Positions 12,059-24,983 of a stretch of 64,000 nucleotides of DNA are shown piece after piece; the stretch's first letter is position 1, and every line of letters starts with the position of its first letter. The stretch is from Octopus vulgaris. Lineage: Eukaryota. Made by a program: the position numbers and the translations under genes. The notes beneath the pieces are model-generated. The model saw only the letters and a list, made by a program, of their open reading frames with translations. It was not told the origin of the DNA and made no database searches. The stretch is from assembly GCA_951406725.2 (NCBI GenBank), contig OX597814.1:181660001-181724000 (forward strand). The letters run 5' to 3'.

Positions 12059-13078
12059 AAAAGTGTCGACAAGGCTGGATCCTGATTCCAATATGATGCC
12101 AGGGTCAGTTTCTTCATGATACCCATCAATATCAATAGGGCAAGCAGAACTTTGATTTTGTCCACTGTGGTTGGAAACCAATCACCACCATGCCCAGGTC
12201 TGACATGCTGGGGATGGTTTTCAGCATAGTCATTTGTTTCATCCGCTATATATTGGAATATTTCATCCGTCAAAAACTTGTGGAAGATTTCCAATGGCGA
12301 ACTTCCATGTTCAAGGTTTGCCTTTATGCCAGGTGTACCAATAAACCCATGCCATCGGATGAAATTGTCTCTTGCTTGCCACACAATATTCTGTTGTCCA
12401 AGGCCATTCACTGCTGCCCACTTGAACCTGTGATTCACAAAAATATCATCATCGCTATAGGAATCATCTGATTCTGAACTAGGAAAATACTCTCCAAGTC
12501 ATCATAAGACCCAGAAGAAACAACTGGCGAGGTGGTGTAGCTTGGCGTGACTACCATAAATTCAACAAAACAGGATGCAATGATGAAGTTGGTGGAGCCA
12601 GAGTGGCAGGACACGATAACAGTAAATTCAATGAAACAGGACGCAAGGACAAAGTTGACAGAGCCAGAATGGCAGGACACAATAACTGTAAGTTCAATGA
12701 ATCAGGACACAATGACAATGTTGACAGAGCCAGAATGGCAGGACACAATAACTGTAAGTTCAATGAAACAGGATGCAAGGACAAAGTTGACAGAGCCAGA
12801 ATGGCAGGACTGGCCTATCGGGTTGTAAATATTTACCTGAAACACTGGGTCTTTTCTGTTTGACTGCCAGCGTCAATTTCTGTTTGAACTGATTTCATAT
12901 TTAATGTAATGATACACTTTTATAGACTAATCAATACCATAAAAATCATTTTTGCTATAAATCAATAAATAAAGAGTTATTAGCTATTAAAGTTTGAAAA
13001 TTTTGAGTAATTTTAACCAATCGTAAGCCACAGACACATTCATGCTTTACTCATGGGTAAAGGAATTGATTTCAGTCC
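12058..13078 (-). mobile_element. piggyBac (PGBD-like) transposon 5' remnant abutting the mariner
   Basis: SPLEIFHKFLTDEIFQYIADETNDYA...WFPTTVDKIKVLLALLILMGIMKK...ASYW is typical piggyBac N-terminal DDD-domain sequence; outer end approximate. Confidence 0.75.
12550..12810. repeat. 66-bp minisatellite, ~4 copies
   Basis: GAGCCAGA(A/G)TGGCAGGAC recurs at 12595, 12661, 12727 and 12793. Confidence 0.9.
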
Positions 13079-14882
13079 AATTTTGTGTTGAAGAACTAGG
13101 GAGGAGCACAGCTGTTGATTATAACAGTGATGTTAAGGAAATATGTGTGGAGGAGTTGCTCTGTTATTCAGTTAATGGTGGTGGTGGTCCTGGGAAGATT
13201 GTTGAGAAGTTTGATTTTTTAAAATATTTAATTTGCAATGTGCTATTTTGTTTTGGGATAAATCTTTTAAGTTTGTGCTATGAGCTTCTTATTTTGAGAA
13301 ATATTTAATTTGTAATGTGCTGTTCATTGCATTAAATGCATATTGAATACTTAAAACTACAAAATACGTGTGGTTTGCTCATTTTTTTTTGTCAGTGAGG
13401 TGGTTGTAAAGTGTGCTAAAAATAACAGCTAAATAAGCCTTAAATCATGCACCCCAACAATTTTTTTATCTTTAGCATAATTGTATGAAGTCCAGCATGT
13501 AGAATTCGTTAAAATTTTCTGAAAATTCCAAATAGTTATAAAGTTATAATAAAAAAGTTATATGTCATGCACAATTCATTTGTTTATGGTATCTATTTTT
13601 AGGATATTGACAAAATGTGCAGTATTGCACAAAATGACAGCTCCCATGTCCTGTTTCCTGACTGGATGAAAATTATCAAACTTTAAACCTCTATAACTTT
13701 TTTAAAACATTTTTGTGGAAAAAGTGAAATAACTCCAGCAATTCAGCTTGGAAAACTACATTAATGTACCAAATTTTAAAATTTTCGATAAACTTTAATT
13801 TTTGAAATGCTAGCAGCCAAACAAAAAGATCTGAAACATCTAATCAGCCTATCAGTTGGCAGGTGAAGTGGGACTAACTCAGGCGACAGGTTTTAAGTCA
13901 GGTAGTATATAGTTATGTTGACCGATTTAAAGCATGCACATTGCATGTGTAAATTTACGTCAACCATTTTAAAAGGGTTAAAATGGTGATGATATATACT
14001 ATACCACCTTAAAGCACAGTAGACTTGACAATTGCCTGGGGATGTTTATAATATAAATTAGCATTAAATTTTGATGAAAGATTTTAATTCAGATCACTTT
14101 AAAAGTGATCTGAAAATTAATATGATAGGAAGAGAGCCAACATGTCCAGCAGGTTGGTAACAAAACAGTTAAATATACCAGAGTAAATATAAAATACAGC
14201 ACCTATTTTCCTTAGATTTGTTATTGCAATCTTTTTTTTTCCTCTTAGAAAATATATAGAGTCTTAATTTCATACAAATGACAAGGATAGTATGAAGAGT
14301 TATAAAAACCTTTAAACAGCTTTTATGTAACATTTAAAATTCCCAGTAATATTGAATCACAGTTTATATGCACAAATTGCAATATAAAAGAAATATTTAT
14401 TTTTAATGTTGTCAGATGTTGCTTAACCTCAGAGCAACTAGCAGAGCACTTATGATAAAGAATGCTCCATCATATTAATCATTACTTTGTTTTTAAGATC
14501 CACAGTCAAGTAATATTGGGGGTGGAGTTAGAAGATTGGCAGGTCCCCTCTCCAAGACAAAGGCCTTGTGAATACAGCTCAGCACCAGTGCTATCACAGG
14601 TAACTACTATCAGAATAAAATAGGCCAGAGCAGATTTTGCAAGGAATCTCATCCTTTGCTCTAACAGTTCTATAAATCTACTGCCTTGGATTGATGCCTT
14701 TTTTATCAACGCCTGAAGAGGATGAAAATGTAAAGTTGGTCTATTTTTTAATAACAGTGGCAAGTTACCACTGTTTTAATAATAGGAAGAATTTTGAGAA
14801 GAATTTTATGTTTTGAAAATTAAAATAAATCCATGAAATTAAAACTTTTGGAATTTTCCAAATTCAAACAGCTCAATGTATA

Positions 14883-16130
14883 AGGTCAGCCCATAAATAA
14901 TGCAGTTTTTTTTACTTGCATGAACTAAAAGTCGGAGGGGGACAGAATAAACTACCTGCATCAACTTGCAGGTAGTAATTTTACCTTGTTCTTATTTCTA
15001 GTACAAGTTTTGAACAGTGCAGTTCGATTTTAACAATTATTTTTTAAAGCTATAATGGAAGTGACAAAGGAGCATATTCAACATATTTTGCTTTGAGTTC
15101 TATAAAGGCAACAACACTACAGAAAGTGCAAGGAAATATTAATACAATAAGAGTAAGCCAGTGTCAATGGCAGTCCCAGAAATTCCAAGCCGGAAACTAC
15201 AGCCTAGAAGACAAGCCTTATCCTGGAAGATCGGTAGAGCTCAACAAGGACATCCTGTAAACCCTAGTGGAACAAAATCCTATCATAACTGTTGAGGAAC
15301 TAGCAGAGAAGCTTGGATTTGGTCATTCAACCATTCATCAACACCTGCATGCCATCAGAAAAGTCAGCAAATTGGGTCAATGGGTTCCTCAAGTCTAATC
15401 ACACACAGAGAGTGAACATGTGCTCTTTTTTGCTGTCACATCTTATGAAATAACTTTTTTTTTTACCAAGTAGTGACTGATGATGAGAAATAGGTTCTAT
15501 ATAAAAATGTCAAGCACTGAAAACAGTGGGTAGGGAAAGGAGAAACACTGGCACCCCAGGATAAAGAAGGTTTTCACCTACGTAAGGTGTAGTTATCTGT
15601 TTGGTGGGATATGAAAGGTTTAGTCCACGTTGAACTTTTAAACCCAAACCAAACAATAACAAATGAGATCTACTGCAAGCAGCTTGAGTGGCTTAAGTCA
15701 GTGCTAGAAGAAAAATTACCATCTTTGGTGTCAAAACGAAAGGTGTTCTTCCATTAGGATAATACTCAGCCACATACAGCAAGGATGACATTCCAAAGGC
15801 TGGAGCAGTTTCAGCGGGGAAACAATGCCCCACCCATCATATTCGCCAGTCATTGCCCCATCTGATTATCATTTATTCCACAGTCTTCAAAATCATTTGG
15901 ACAGGCAAAATATGAATTCTGTAAACAAGGTCAGAACAGTACTGGAAGAGTATTTTTCATTACAGACAAGTGAATTTTGGAAGAAGGGCCTTGTAAGTCT
16001 ACCAGATAGATGGAAGAGCATTATAGAAAATGAAGGAGAGTATATTTTAGATTAGAAAAGAACCTTGTTTATCTTAATTCTGAAAAATAAAAGAAGCATT
16101 AAAAAAACTGCATTATTTATGCATTGACCC
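14883..16130 (+). mobile_element. Full-length degenerate mariner with TIRs and TA flanks
   Basis: TIRs GGTCAGCCCATAAATAATGCAGTTTTT / AAAAACTGCATTATTTATGCATTGACC; WVP and YSPVIAPSDYHLF motifs; many stops. Confidence 0.9.
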
Positions 16131-17074
16131 TATTGTTTGAAGTAAGCAAACAAAATTGAAATCTTAAAAATTAGAGAATGGAAAATAGAAAAATTATAAA
16201 TCTATATTGGAAATACATTTTCTGAATTAGAAAGAAAACAGAAATGCTTAAAATACAACCTGAATGTTGGCCTGACGTTCTCCAAAGATTATAAAAGTAA
16301 TTGAGGCACCTTCCTAAACAGCTTGTTGTGACAACTAGATAGTGGGAAAACCGTTTAATATGTTGGCTTAAATAACAAAGGACACAGAACTGTACATGAT
16401 TGTATGAAAAGAAACATTTCAATTATGTTAGGAAAACCCATTAGAGTAACAGACTTGTTAAGAAAACGCATGTAGGCCAAATGTATAGCAACATTAGTAG
16501 AGAATGGAATTTACATGAATGACATTGAATAAAGAAAACTTCAATTATAGATATTGACGAAAATAAACCACAGACAATGCTAAGTTAAAAGACAAAATTA
16601 AATTTTACCCTCAAGCACTGATGCTATTAGATCAGTGTTTAAGAATAAAAAAATAAATGTTAAATGCTTTGTCAGTTAACCTATTACAGCAGGAATCTGA
16701 TAAATCCACTCAAAATTCCATTACTCTTAACTGCAAAATGCAGTTTTATTGTTGAGGAATGTCATGTTTGAAACTATTTTTTTGTTGAGACACATCAAGT
16801 TTATTGAAGCAATATAACCTGCAGAAAATACCAATTCAATTTTTGGTAGATATTTCAACATCATTACTAAAATGACCATGAAATTTAGTTTAGCAGTTAA
16901 AAGTAAAAGATCATTTCTATAAGGTGGATTATTTTACTTTTCAAGAGGTTTAGTATTCAAAGCATGAAGGTAAACAATCTAATCTATGAGATTGCTTAAA
17001 CTGTGTTTAAGACCGTAAATAAATTATCTATATTCAAGCCCCAATTTCATGTGAAATATACCTTTTTACCTTCT

Positions 17075-17299
17075 ACTTGTTTCAGTCACTTGATTGCTGC
17101 CATACTGGGGCACTAATGTGAAGGGTTTTAACCAAACAAATATACCCTAGTACTTATTTTTTTATAATCTGGTACTTCTATCAGTCTCTTTTGCTGAGCC
17201 ACTAAATTACAGGACATCTGCCCCACACCACCAACTGGGGGAGGAGACAAACACAGACACAAATAAAGACACACTCATACATATGTATGTGTGTATGTA

Positions 17300-17332
<33 letters not shown>

Positions 17333-17540
17333 CATGGCATCTGTCCGAGTCAGATGCCATGATAGATCGTTAGCCACTACACACATTTTTTTTCTCTCTT
17401 TGTTTTCTGTGTCCCTTTCTGTAGAAGAGCCTAGGCTCGAAACGTAAAAGACTTTTTCTATTCCTGAGCATTATACTAATACATCTGTTTGTTTTGTACA
17501 CCACCTGTCTTCGTCTTTTGTTGTTTTTTTCATAAACTCT

Positions 17541-17582
<42 letters not shown>

Positions 17583-17722
17583 GATGGGCTTCCACAGTTT
17601 CCACCTATGAAATTCACTCACAAGGCCTGGAGCTGTAGTAGATGCTTGCCCAAGGCACAGTAGTGGATTTGAACCCAAAACCACATCACTGCCAAGTGAG
17701 CTTGTTTACCACACAGCTATGC
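17075..17722 (-). mobile_element. CORE-like SINE interrupted by an HHR element in its internal (TA)n
   Basis: Tail at 17075-17280, head and core at 17580-17722. Confidence 0.75.
17330..17545 (+). mobile_element. (TA)n-inserted element with 5' hairpin and variant hammerhead
   Basis: TATCATGGCATCTG/CAGATGCCATGATA hairpin; CTTT-CTGTAGA-A-GAGC-CTAG-GCTC-GAAA-CG-TA-AAAG at 17415-17450. Confidence 0.7.
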
Positions 17723-19156
17723 AACAATGGTAGTAAAAGAAAAAACATTAATAAAAAAAATAAGGGATGAGAGGGAAGTATAACAAAAACTGAGAATAGT
17801 TATAGGTGGAAGAAAATTCAATGAAAGAGCAACAAAAGAAAAATATATAACATTTTAGATATTTCAAATTTAGCAAGATAAATTTGATATATCACATTTC
17901 ATTGCGATATATTAAATTCAATTCGACCTCAAATTTCACAATATTTACTTAAGTTTAGACTGGTATTATGAACACCTGACAAGAAATGGAAGAGTTGCTA
18001 AGCAAACATTGTAGGTTAGAAGTAGATAAGCAACTGATATAGTAAATATGTGTGATGACAAAGCTAAAGATGACTTAGAAAGTTTAGTCCAATGAAGGAA
18101 AGAGGTAATTTTGTCCTGATGTGTGGGGTGGATAGGCAGCTAGATGCCTCGGTTATACTGTTGCCAATGCACAGGCACTGCCTTCAATGACTAGTCCAAC
18201 ATAACAGTACATATTTCACATTGGTAGTTACATTTTCAAGACATAAACAGCACAAAATAAACAACATTGGTTTCAGGAGGTAAACAAACAAACACACGAC
18301 AAGCTCCTTTCCGCCAACCAAATTCCAATCAACCCAAATCTACAGGAGGCGCTTGACTATTGTACAGAATGGAATCTAACACAGTGCTCAAATTTGCAAA
18401 ACAGAGAGGGGAGAGAGGGGGAAAGGAAGAGAGAGGGAGAAGGAACAGACAGACAATATGAGATAAGTTCATCAGATATCATTAAACACTGTTCTATAAT
18501 TCTGTGGTACAGCATGGGTTTTGGCCACCCCTTCCTTAAACATAACATACTCTTATACATAAAATTGCCACCCCTGCAGTGTGCTACTGTTATAATTTGA
18601 CTAGATAACACTTTGAGGCCCACCTTACCAAAATAAAAAGCTAAAATTACTATATTCAAACAATAAAACCTGCTTTTCGTCAATATAGACAGAATTTCAA
18701 AGCTTAATCTTTTCAAGCTAAAAGTAAAAATATTTTGCAATTTTTCTTACTTTAGAAGTCACTAAATAAAATACGATTCTTACAATCGGGTACACAATCT
18801 AAGAATTATACTCCATCAGACAAAAAAGAGACATGATCATAGCCCTCACAGCTTTGTAGCTGAGAATAGAAGCAGATAACTGGTTAAGATAACTGGTTGA
18901 ATGAAAAGTAAAATAGCCAAGGAAAAGTGTTTAAAAGTGACTGAATTGGGAAACTAAACTGAATAACAGGTGCAGAATACAATAGCATTGATTGAATGAG
19001 AAGCAGGTTTAATCAAGTGGATTTAGGGAAGAAGCCAGAAACAGCCGTCAAATTCAGACCAACAGAAAGATGATTATGGCTTGATGTTAATGGCTAAATA
19101 GTAAAACTTTGATTCTAATATGAACAGTTTTGGGGAGGTTTTCTTTAATCCTTATT

Positions 19157-19188
<32 letters not shown>

Positions 19189-20189
19189 TATTTCAGAATA
19201 AACTTCTCGTCACATTAACATCCTTAATTTAAAAGATGCACTGAATGTTACATGTCAAAACATTCTTGACTGATATTTCCCTCTGAACTGGAAAAATTCA
19301 ACTCAACCTCAAATTTTACAATATTTACATAAGTTTAGACTGATATTATGAACACCTGACAAGTAATGGAAGTCCCAGCAACAATTGTTAGTGACTCTCA
19401 AGGAAAGGGGAAGATAATTTCCAAGAAATTAAAAATTAATCTTACAAAATGAATTTGCATCCTGTCAAATAGGGAAGTCTGACTTCAATTCACTAAGAAT
19501 TTTTGGTAAATTTTTCAGTCTTTGAGAACATGAAATGATGATAAACAATGCAAAATAAACTAAAGTAAGTTCAAGGAATCAAAGGGAAAGATAACTAGTA
19601 GGCAATGTTGGTAATAATCCATAATGAAATTATAACAAAGATAACTGGTGCAAGAAAATGATAATTGTAAAATCATATTTTGTGTGAAATAAGTTTTTGT
19701 TTTTTGTTTTGTTTTTTTCTGTTAAATATGAACTAAATTGAGGGCTAATATACTTTAATTAGCTGACTTCACATCAAGAAACTGAATAGGGAAAAAGACA
19801 TTTAATCTGAAGCCCATGACATAAAGTAGAAAACTAGCCAGAGAACTGACAGTTCAGGTTTTAAATTTCCCTTATATAAAATTTTAGCTTCACAGGAAAA
19901 AACACCTGTTTCATTTTATTGGATTTTTAGTAATTGCCAATTATTAATAATTAATTATTATTTTGTTTATTTGTCACTGATTTACTGAACTTGTTTTCAG
20001 TTTGTTCCACTTTGTTGCTCAGCGTTTTAAGTTTAAATATCAAAAGATAACATTTGTTTGCTTATAGCAGCAGGAAACACTATAGCTTAATCATCAAAAT
20101 TCATGTTATTGACCCATTTGAAAATACCTGTCAATTGACCAGAAGGCTTCATTAGACAAAAGTAAGACAAAACTTATCTATAGTTGCAG

Positions 20190-21300
20190 CTTGCTTGCAA
20201 GTAAAAACCAAACATTTTTCTCCTTGAGTATCAGGTTCAAATCTGTATGTCATGCGAAGTAACCAGCATTCAGACGGCAAGAAAGGCCATGGAGGCCTGC
20301 AGAATCAAGGAGCCTGCCACAATGACAGATCAAACCCATACTTAAATCAGCTCCCACTCTAAGGGCAATGAATACACAAAGTTCGTCCAAGCTGAGTAGG
20401 CCACCAACATTAGCCACAGGGATGGCATCAATCCAGTCACCTGAGTATTTGATGCTAGCAAACAGTAAATGACACCTTGAAAATTGGTCTGACTGGATGA
20501 AGAGGGAGTCAAAAGTGGCCTTTGAAATTATGTTGTTCCAAGCTCTCTGACGCCAACAGTCCTCCACCTTCTCAGGAGTATACAAGCCCAATTCCCTCCA
20601 GTGTTAGAAAGCTTCATCCAACTCCCTGTTGGAACTGGTTCATGTTGGAGAGGAGAGGATGTTGCTCACCAGAGTGGAGAATCTGACATTGACTAAGCAT
20701 TCAAGTCTCTCAAAGACTTGATATGGGAATCAGTAAGATGAGCTCATTCTAAGTAAATATAGAAGCTTAGGGATCAAGAGATAATTCCTAAGTAGGAAAA
20801 AACCTTCATGGGGTTCGATAGCTTCATTATTTTTTAGCAATTGCTCAAAGTCAGCCACCTTCAAGTGGAAGATGGACTCAAAGGCAAGGTCAGTGATTGG
20901 GGAACCTAGAGAGCACCAAGCCAATGGGGGAGGAACTGCAATGGAAGTTAAGGACTCTGCAAAAAGATCAATAGTTATTTGATGTTGAGAAACCAGGTGG
21001 TTGAGGATCCAGAGCTCACATTTGGAGCTGTTTACTTGGAGACCCCAGCAACCAAGCTCCCCAACCATCAAGTTAGCAATGACAAGAACCCTGTGCGGAG
21101 GTCCCCCCAAACAAGCATCATCGAGATACCAAGCATTGAAGTCTAGCTTGAAGCCCATCTTGGCGATGTCATCAATGCCCAGTGTGAACAGAGTTGTGGG
21201 GTCTTCTCTCTTACTGAGCTGAGGACAGTATCATGGCTGATGGAGTTGAAGGTCAAGTTTGAGGATGACAAGGAGGGCAAGTTAGCATATGCTCTGGTAG
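20190..21300 (-). mobile_element. Degenerate RLE-type non-LTR retrotransposon (CRE-like) RT and C-terminal fragment
   Basis: AWYLDDACLGG...LGSPI...LLRNYLLIPKLLYLLR and SGDWIDAIP...IALRVGA...CHCGRLLDSAGLHGLSC zinc motif. Confidence 0.7.
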
Positions 21301-23374
21301 CATGGGTGGTGTAAAAAATTTTTTTTATCAGTTTTTCTAATATGGTACTTTCATTTTGTCGAGCTAATCTCAGTTAACAACCGAGGAAGGTTTATTTTTA
21401 TGATGTACTGTAACCAATGTGATTGTCTGCTATAGGGGATATTTTGGTGATCTTTCGAACTTAATACATATAAGATGGCGGCCAAAATAGAACATATTAC
21501 ACTAAAAGAAAAATGAATAAAAGATCGCTAATAATCGATATTGTGAAAATGCGCTTGCTGAGATTTTAAGCATGGAATACAAGAGCAATTAACAACACAG
21601 AAATAATGAAAAGCAAAAGGTAAATAAATGAAAAACAGACGTGCATATTAAATATATAGATACACACACGTGTGTGTGTGTGTGAGCGTGCATACGACTT
21701 ACATTTGTTTACCTTTCACTTTCCTACTATTTTTTTTTGTGTGTGTGCTACCTGTTCTTGTATTTAAATTCAAAAATACTAAATAATTTCTATTTTATCT
21801 CCTGAATGAGGCGTATTCGACCTGCTACGAATGGCAGCCAAATCTCCTATTAATCACGCCCTCCTACCTTAGGGAAGAACAACGCAAAAAATTATCAATA
21901 ACAACACAAAATTTCATTCTTCGCTGCACCAAAAATATTCTCCATGGCCGCAGCACGGCATAAATGGAAAAATATAATTCTTCCGCAGCCGTCGAACTGA
22001 ATGAAATATTCGCTGAAATTTGACGAAGTACAAGTAATTACAAAAACCACCTGTGTTATCATTAATCTATTTAGCACTACCAGAGATTTTTTTCCCTTTA
22101 GATAATAATTTAATTACAAAAGAAACTACTACTATCCCGTATTTCTAGCTGGTGTTAGTCATTTAATTGTTTTGACCACCATGCTCAAAAACCGGCATAT
22201 TTCAACAGTTACCTCCCCTGACATAGTGCTACCGATGGCATGGGGGGGTGGACAGTTGTTTATTATTTATTACAACCACCGCCCCATTTAATTTTCTCTT
22301 TTGCTATTTAAATTTCATATAGTTTAAACATTCTTCGTATGAAATAGGCGGTTGACATCTTTGATTTTATTATAGTTCAACTGATATAATAAAACATGTA
22401 TATATAATCTAAAATTAGACCACACAATCAAAAGCAAGCGATTCTTCCCTATTCTCATAGAGTGCAGTATAATATCCTTTAATACGTTTCAACCCCAAAG
22501 CCGTGACCACACTGGATCACCGCCAGTAAAAGTATTAAGGTCTCACCAAGATTTTAATACTTTTAGATATCATAAATATCATTAACACACCACACAATAA
22601 TAAGTAAATTAAAATAAATAATAATCAAAACAGAAACAAGCGCTGCGTGTGTGCGTACAAAGTAATGCAATGCCTGTTATAATTTTAAACAATCCTTATA
22701 AAACTATTTCAATAAAACAGTATCTACTATTCTGTTACTATTGCTTTCAGTAACTTTAAAAGAAAGACTTCGAACGAAAATTCCGGACAATAAATAAAGC
22801 TTAATATGTCATAACGTCGCTGTATTAAAAGTCTTATGAAGTTGTAGTACATTTTCCAATAATTAACGGAAAATTATTATGAGTATTATTATTTAACACA
22901 AAGGCTTTTGTAAGAAACATTCAGTCTATAATTTCCAGACTTTTGATTAAATGAAAAAGAAAGAAGTGTCGATTACATTGTTTACTTCGGTGTACAACTT
23001 CGTTTCCCATTTAAACACCTTGCATTTCTCGGTATGAATACATTACATTAAGAATGTCGTTAAAACCGAAATAAACAAGGCGAGCTAGACTATAGTATCG
23101 ATTATTTCATTCTTTTTTCAACGAAAAACAATACGAAGAATATATTAACACATCTATTGTACTAGTTTCGACATCTGTGCACATAAATTTTAGAAGCACA
23201 AAATCTTTCAAAAAACGGAGTGTTTGGAAGCTAAAGAAGACTATTTCTCTGCTAATATATTCACAATTACACTTTAAATATTTCAGACTAAATCATTTGT
23301 TATAACAAAATCTTTTGTTTTAATTTAATCTCGTCTAAAGAAGCTAAAATGAACAAAATAGTATTCGAACTTAC

Positions 23375-23460
23375 CATAAACAGTTCTTGTGACACCCCTT
23401 TAGCCGACTAATTTATCACATGATAAGTGTCATCCGAACTTTGACCTATGACATCATTGA
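23375..23460 (-). promoter_or_regulatory. Putative promoter and non-coding first exon of the V-ATPase a gene, with M-box/CLEAR-type E-box
   Basis: Strong minus-strand donor ATG|gtaagt at 23375/23374; TCACATGA (TCATGTGA on minus) at 23416-23423; ATGACATCAT at 23448-23457; lies in a CpG-retaining, repeat-poor zone (~21.35-24.3 kb). The first coding exon has a 5' acceptor, so an upstream exon is needed. Confidence 0.55.
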
Positions 23461-24454
23461 AAAGCTGATAAACAAATAGGGATGGTTTCGAGGTCTATTT
23501 ATTTAACATAATTCTTTGAAATGAGGACGTAAATTTACATCCGTAAAATTAAGGGCTTCAGAAAACTTATAAATACTTGCTCGTTTAGTGTTTAAATGTA
23601 ACGACTTAAGTGGTGATGGGGGCGGCTTTCTTTGATAAAATTACATTGTTTTTATACATATATATATATATATATATGTAATTAGAATTATTTAAAACTA
23701 ACTTCTACGTATTTTTTCGCGACTTTAATTAAAGTTTTATGCCGATAAGTTACCTTCAAATAAAATTGCTTTCCTTCTTTTTAAGAGATTTATCTGTGCA
23801 TGCGTACGTTTATTGGACTAATGTTATATGTGTCCAATCTAATTTAACCAAATGTATCTCGATCCCTGAACTTTAACTTTTTTTTTTTAACTACCGTTCG
23901 TTAAAACATTAGCATAATTTTCTGAATTGTATTTGGAATGGAAGATCAGTCTATGTAAACCTGGACGAATAAGATTCGATGAAAACTAAAAGAAAAATCA
24001 TCGCCTTTTAAAAAAGTGAAGTTATTAAATAATTATTGTAATTAAAATTAGAAGTTTATTAAAGCAATATTTATTAAAGCTCGGGGAAACAGAACGAGGT
24101 CAGACATTTGTTTGATTTTGTCCTAGGAATATGTCAATAAAAAGTACTAAGTTTATGTACAAATGTAAGTTCTGCACTATATACTTAGTAGTGACATGGT
24201 TATGATATTGTCAAGGCTGTAGAATATCAACAAGTTGAGTTATGTAGAGGAAACAAAGTGAGGTGGGGTATTTCAAGAGGAGTGGCGTCCTGAGAACGAA
24301 AATCAAATGAAAAGTTTGATCAAACAATTATTCAAGGACCTAATTTGTTTCTCTGCCTTATAAACTTATATCAAGTTATGGTGACTGGTTCTAACAAGAT
24401 TGCTATAATCCCAAAATATAACCATTTCTGTAGGATATGTTAAATAATCCATTT

Positions 24455-24845
24455 CACTATTGGCACAAGGCCTGAAATTTTGAAGGAGGGGACTAGTCGA
24501 TTTTTATCAGCTCCAGTACTTAACTGGTACTTATTTTATCAAACCCGAAAGGATAAAAGGCAAAGACAACCTCGCCGGAATTTGAACTCAGAATGTAGCG
24601 ATGGGAGAAATACCTATTTATTTACTACCCACAAGGGGCTAAACACAGAGGAGACAAACAAGGACAGACAAACGGATTAAGTCGATTACATCAACCCCAG
24701 TGCGTAACTGGTACTTATTTAATCGACCCCGAAAGGATGAAAGGCAAAGTCGACCTCGGCGGAATTTGAACTCAGAACGTAACAGCAGACAAAATACTGC
24801 TAAGCATTTCACCCGGTGTGCTAACGTTTCTGCCAGCTCACTGCT
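24455..24845 (-). mobile_element. MetaSINE dimer
   Basis: A full unit at 24610-24845 joined to a headless second unit with a different tail. Confidence 0.75.
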
Positions 24846-24983
24846 TTTGGATATGTTAAATAATGAAAAGATAGGTGAAAAAATTGAGAACATTTGTTAA
24901 TAATGGAATGAACATTACAGAAATTTTAATCTGAGCAACTTCATTCAGAATTTGATTTTTAGGCAAATACTGGTTGACACAAT

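Noticed and set aside
15825-16055. Domesticated SETMAR-like gene from mariner ORFs (also 51038-51499)
   Set aside because: Surrounding transposase frames contain multiple stops and frameshifts; no SET exon seen.
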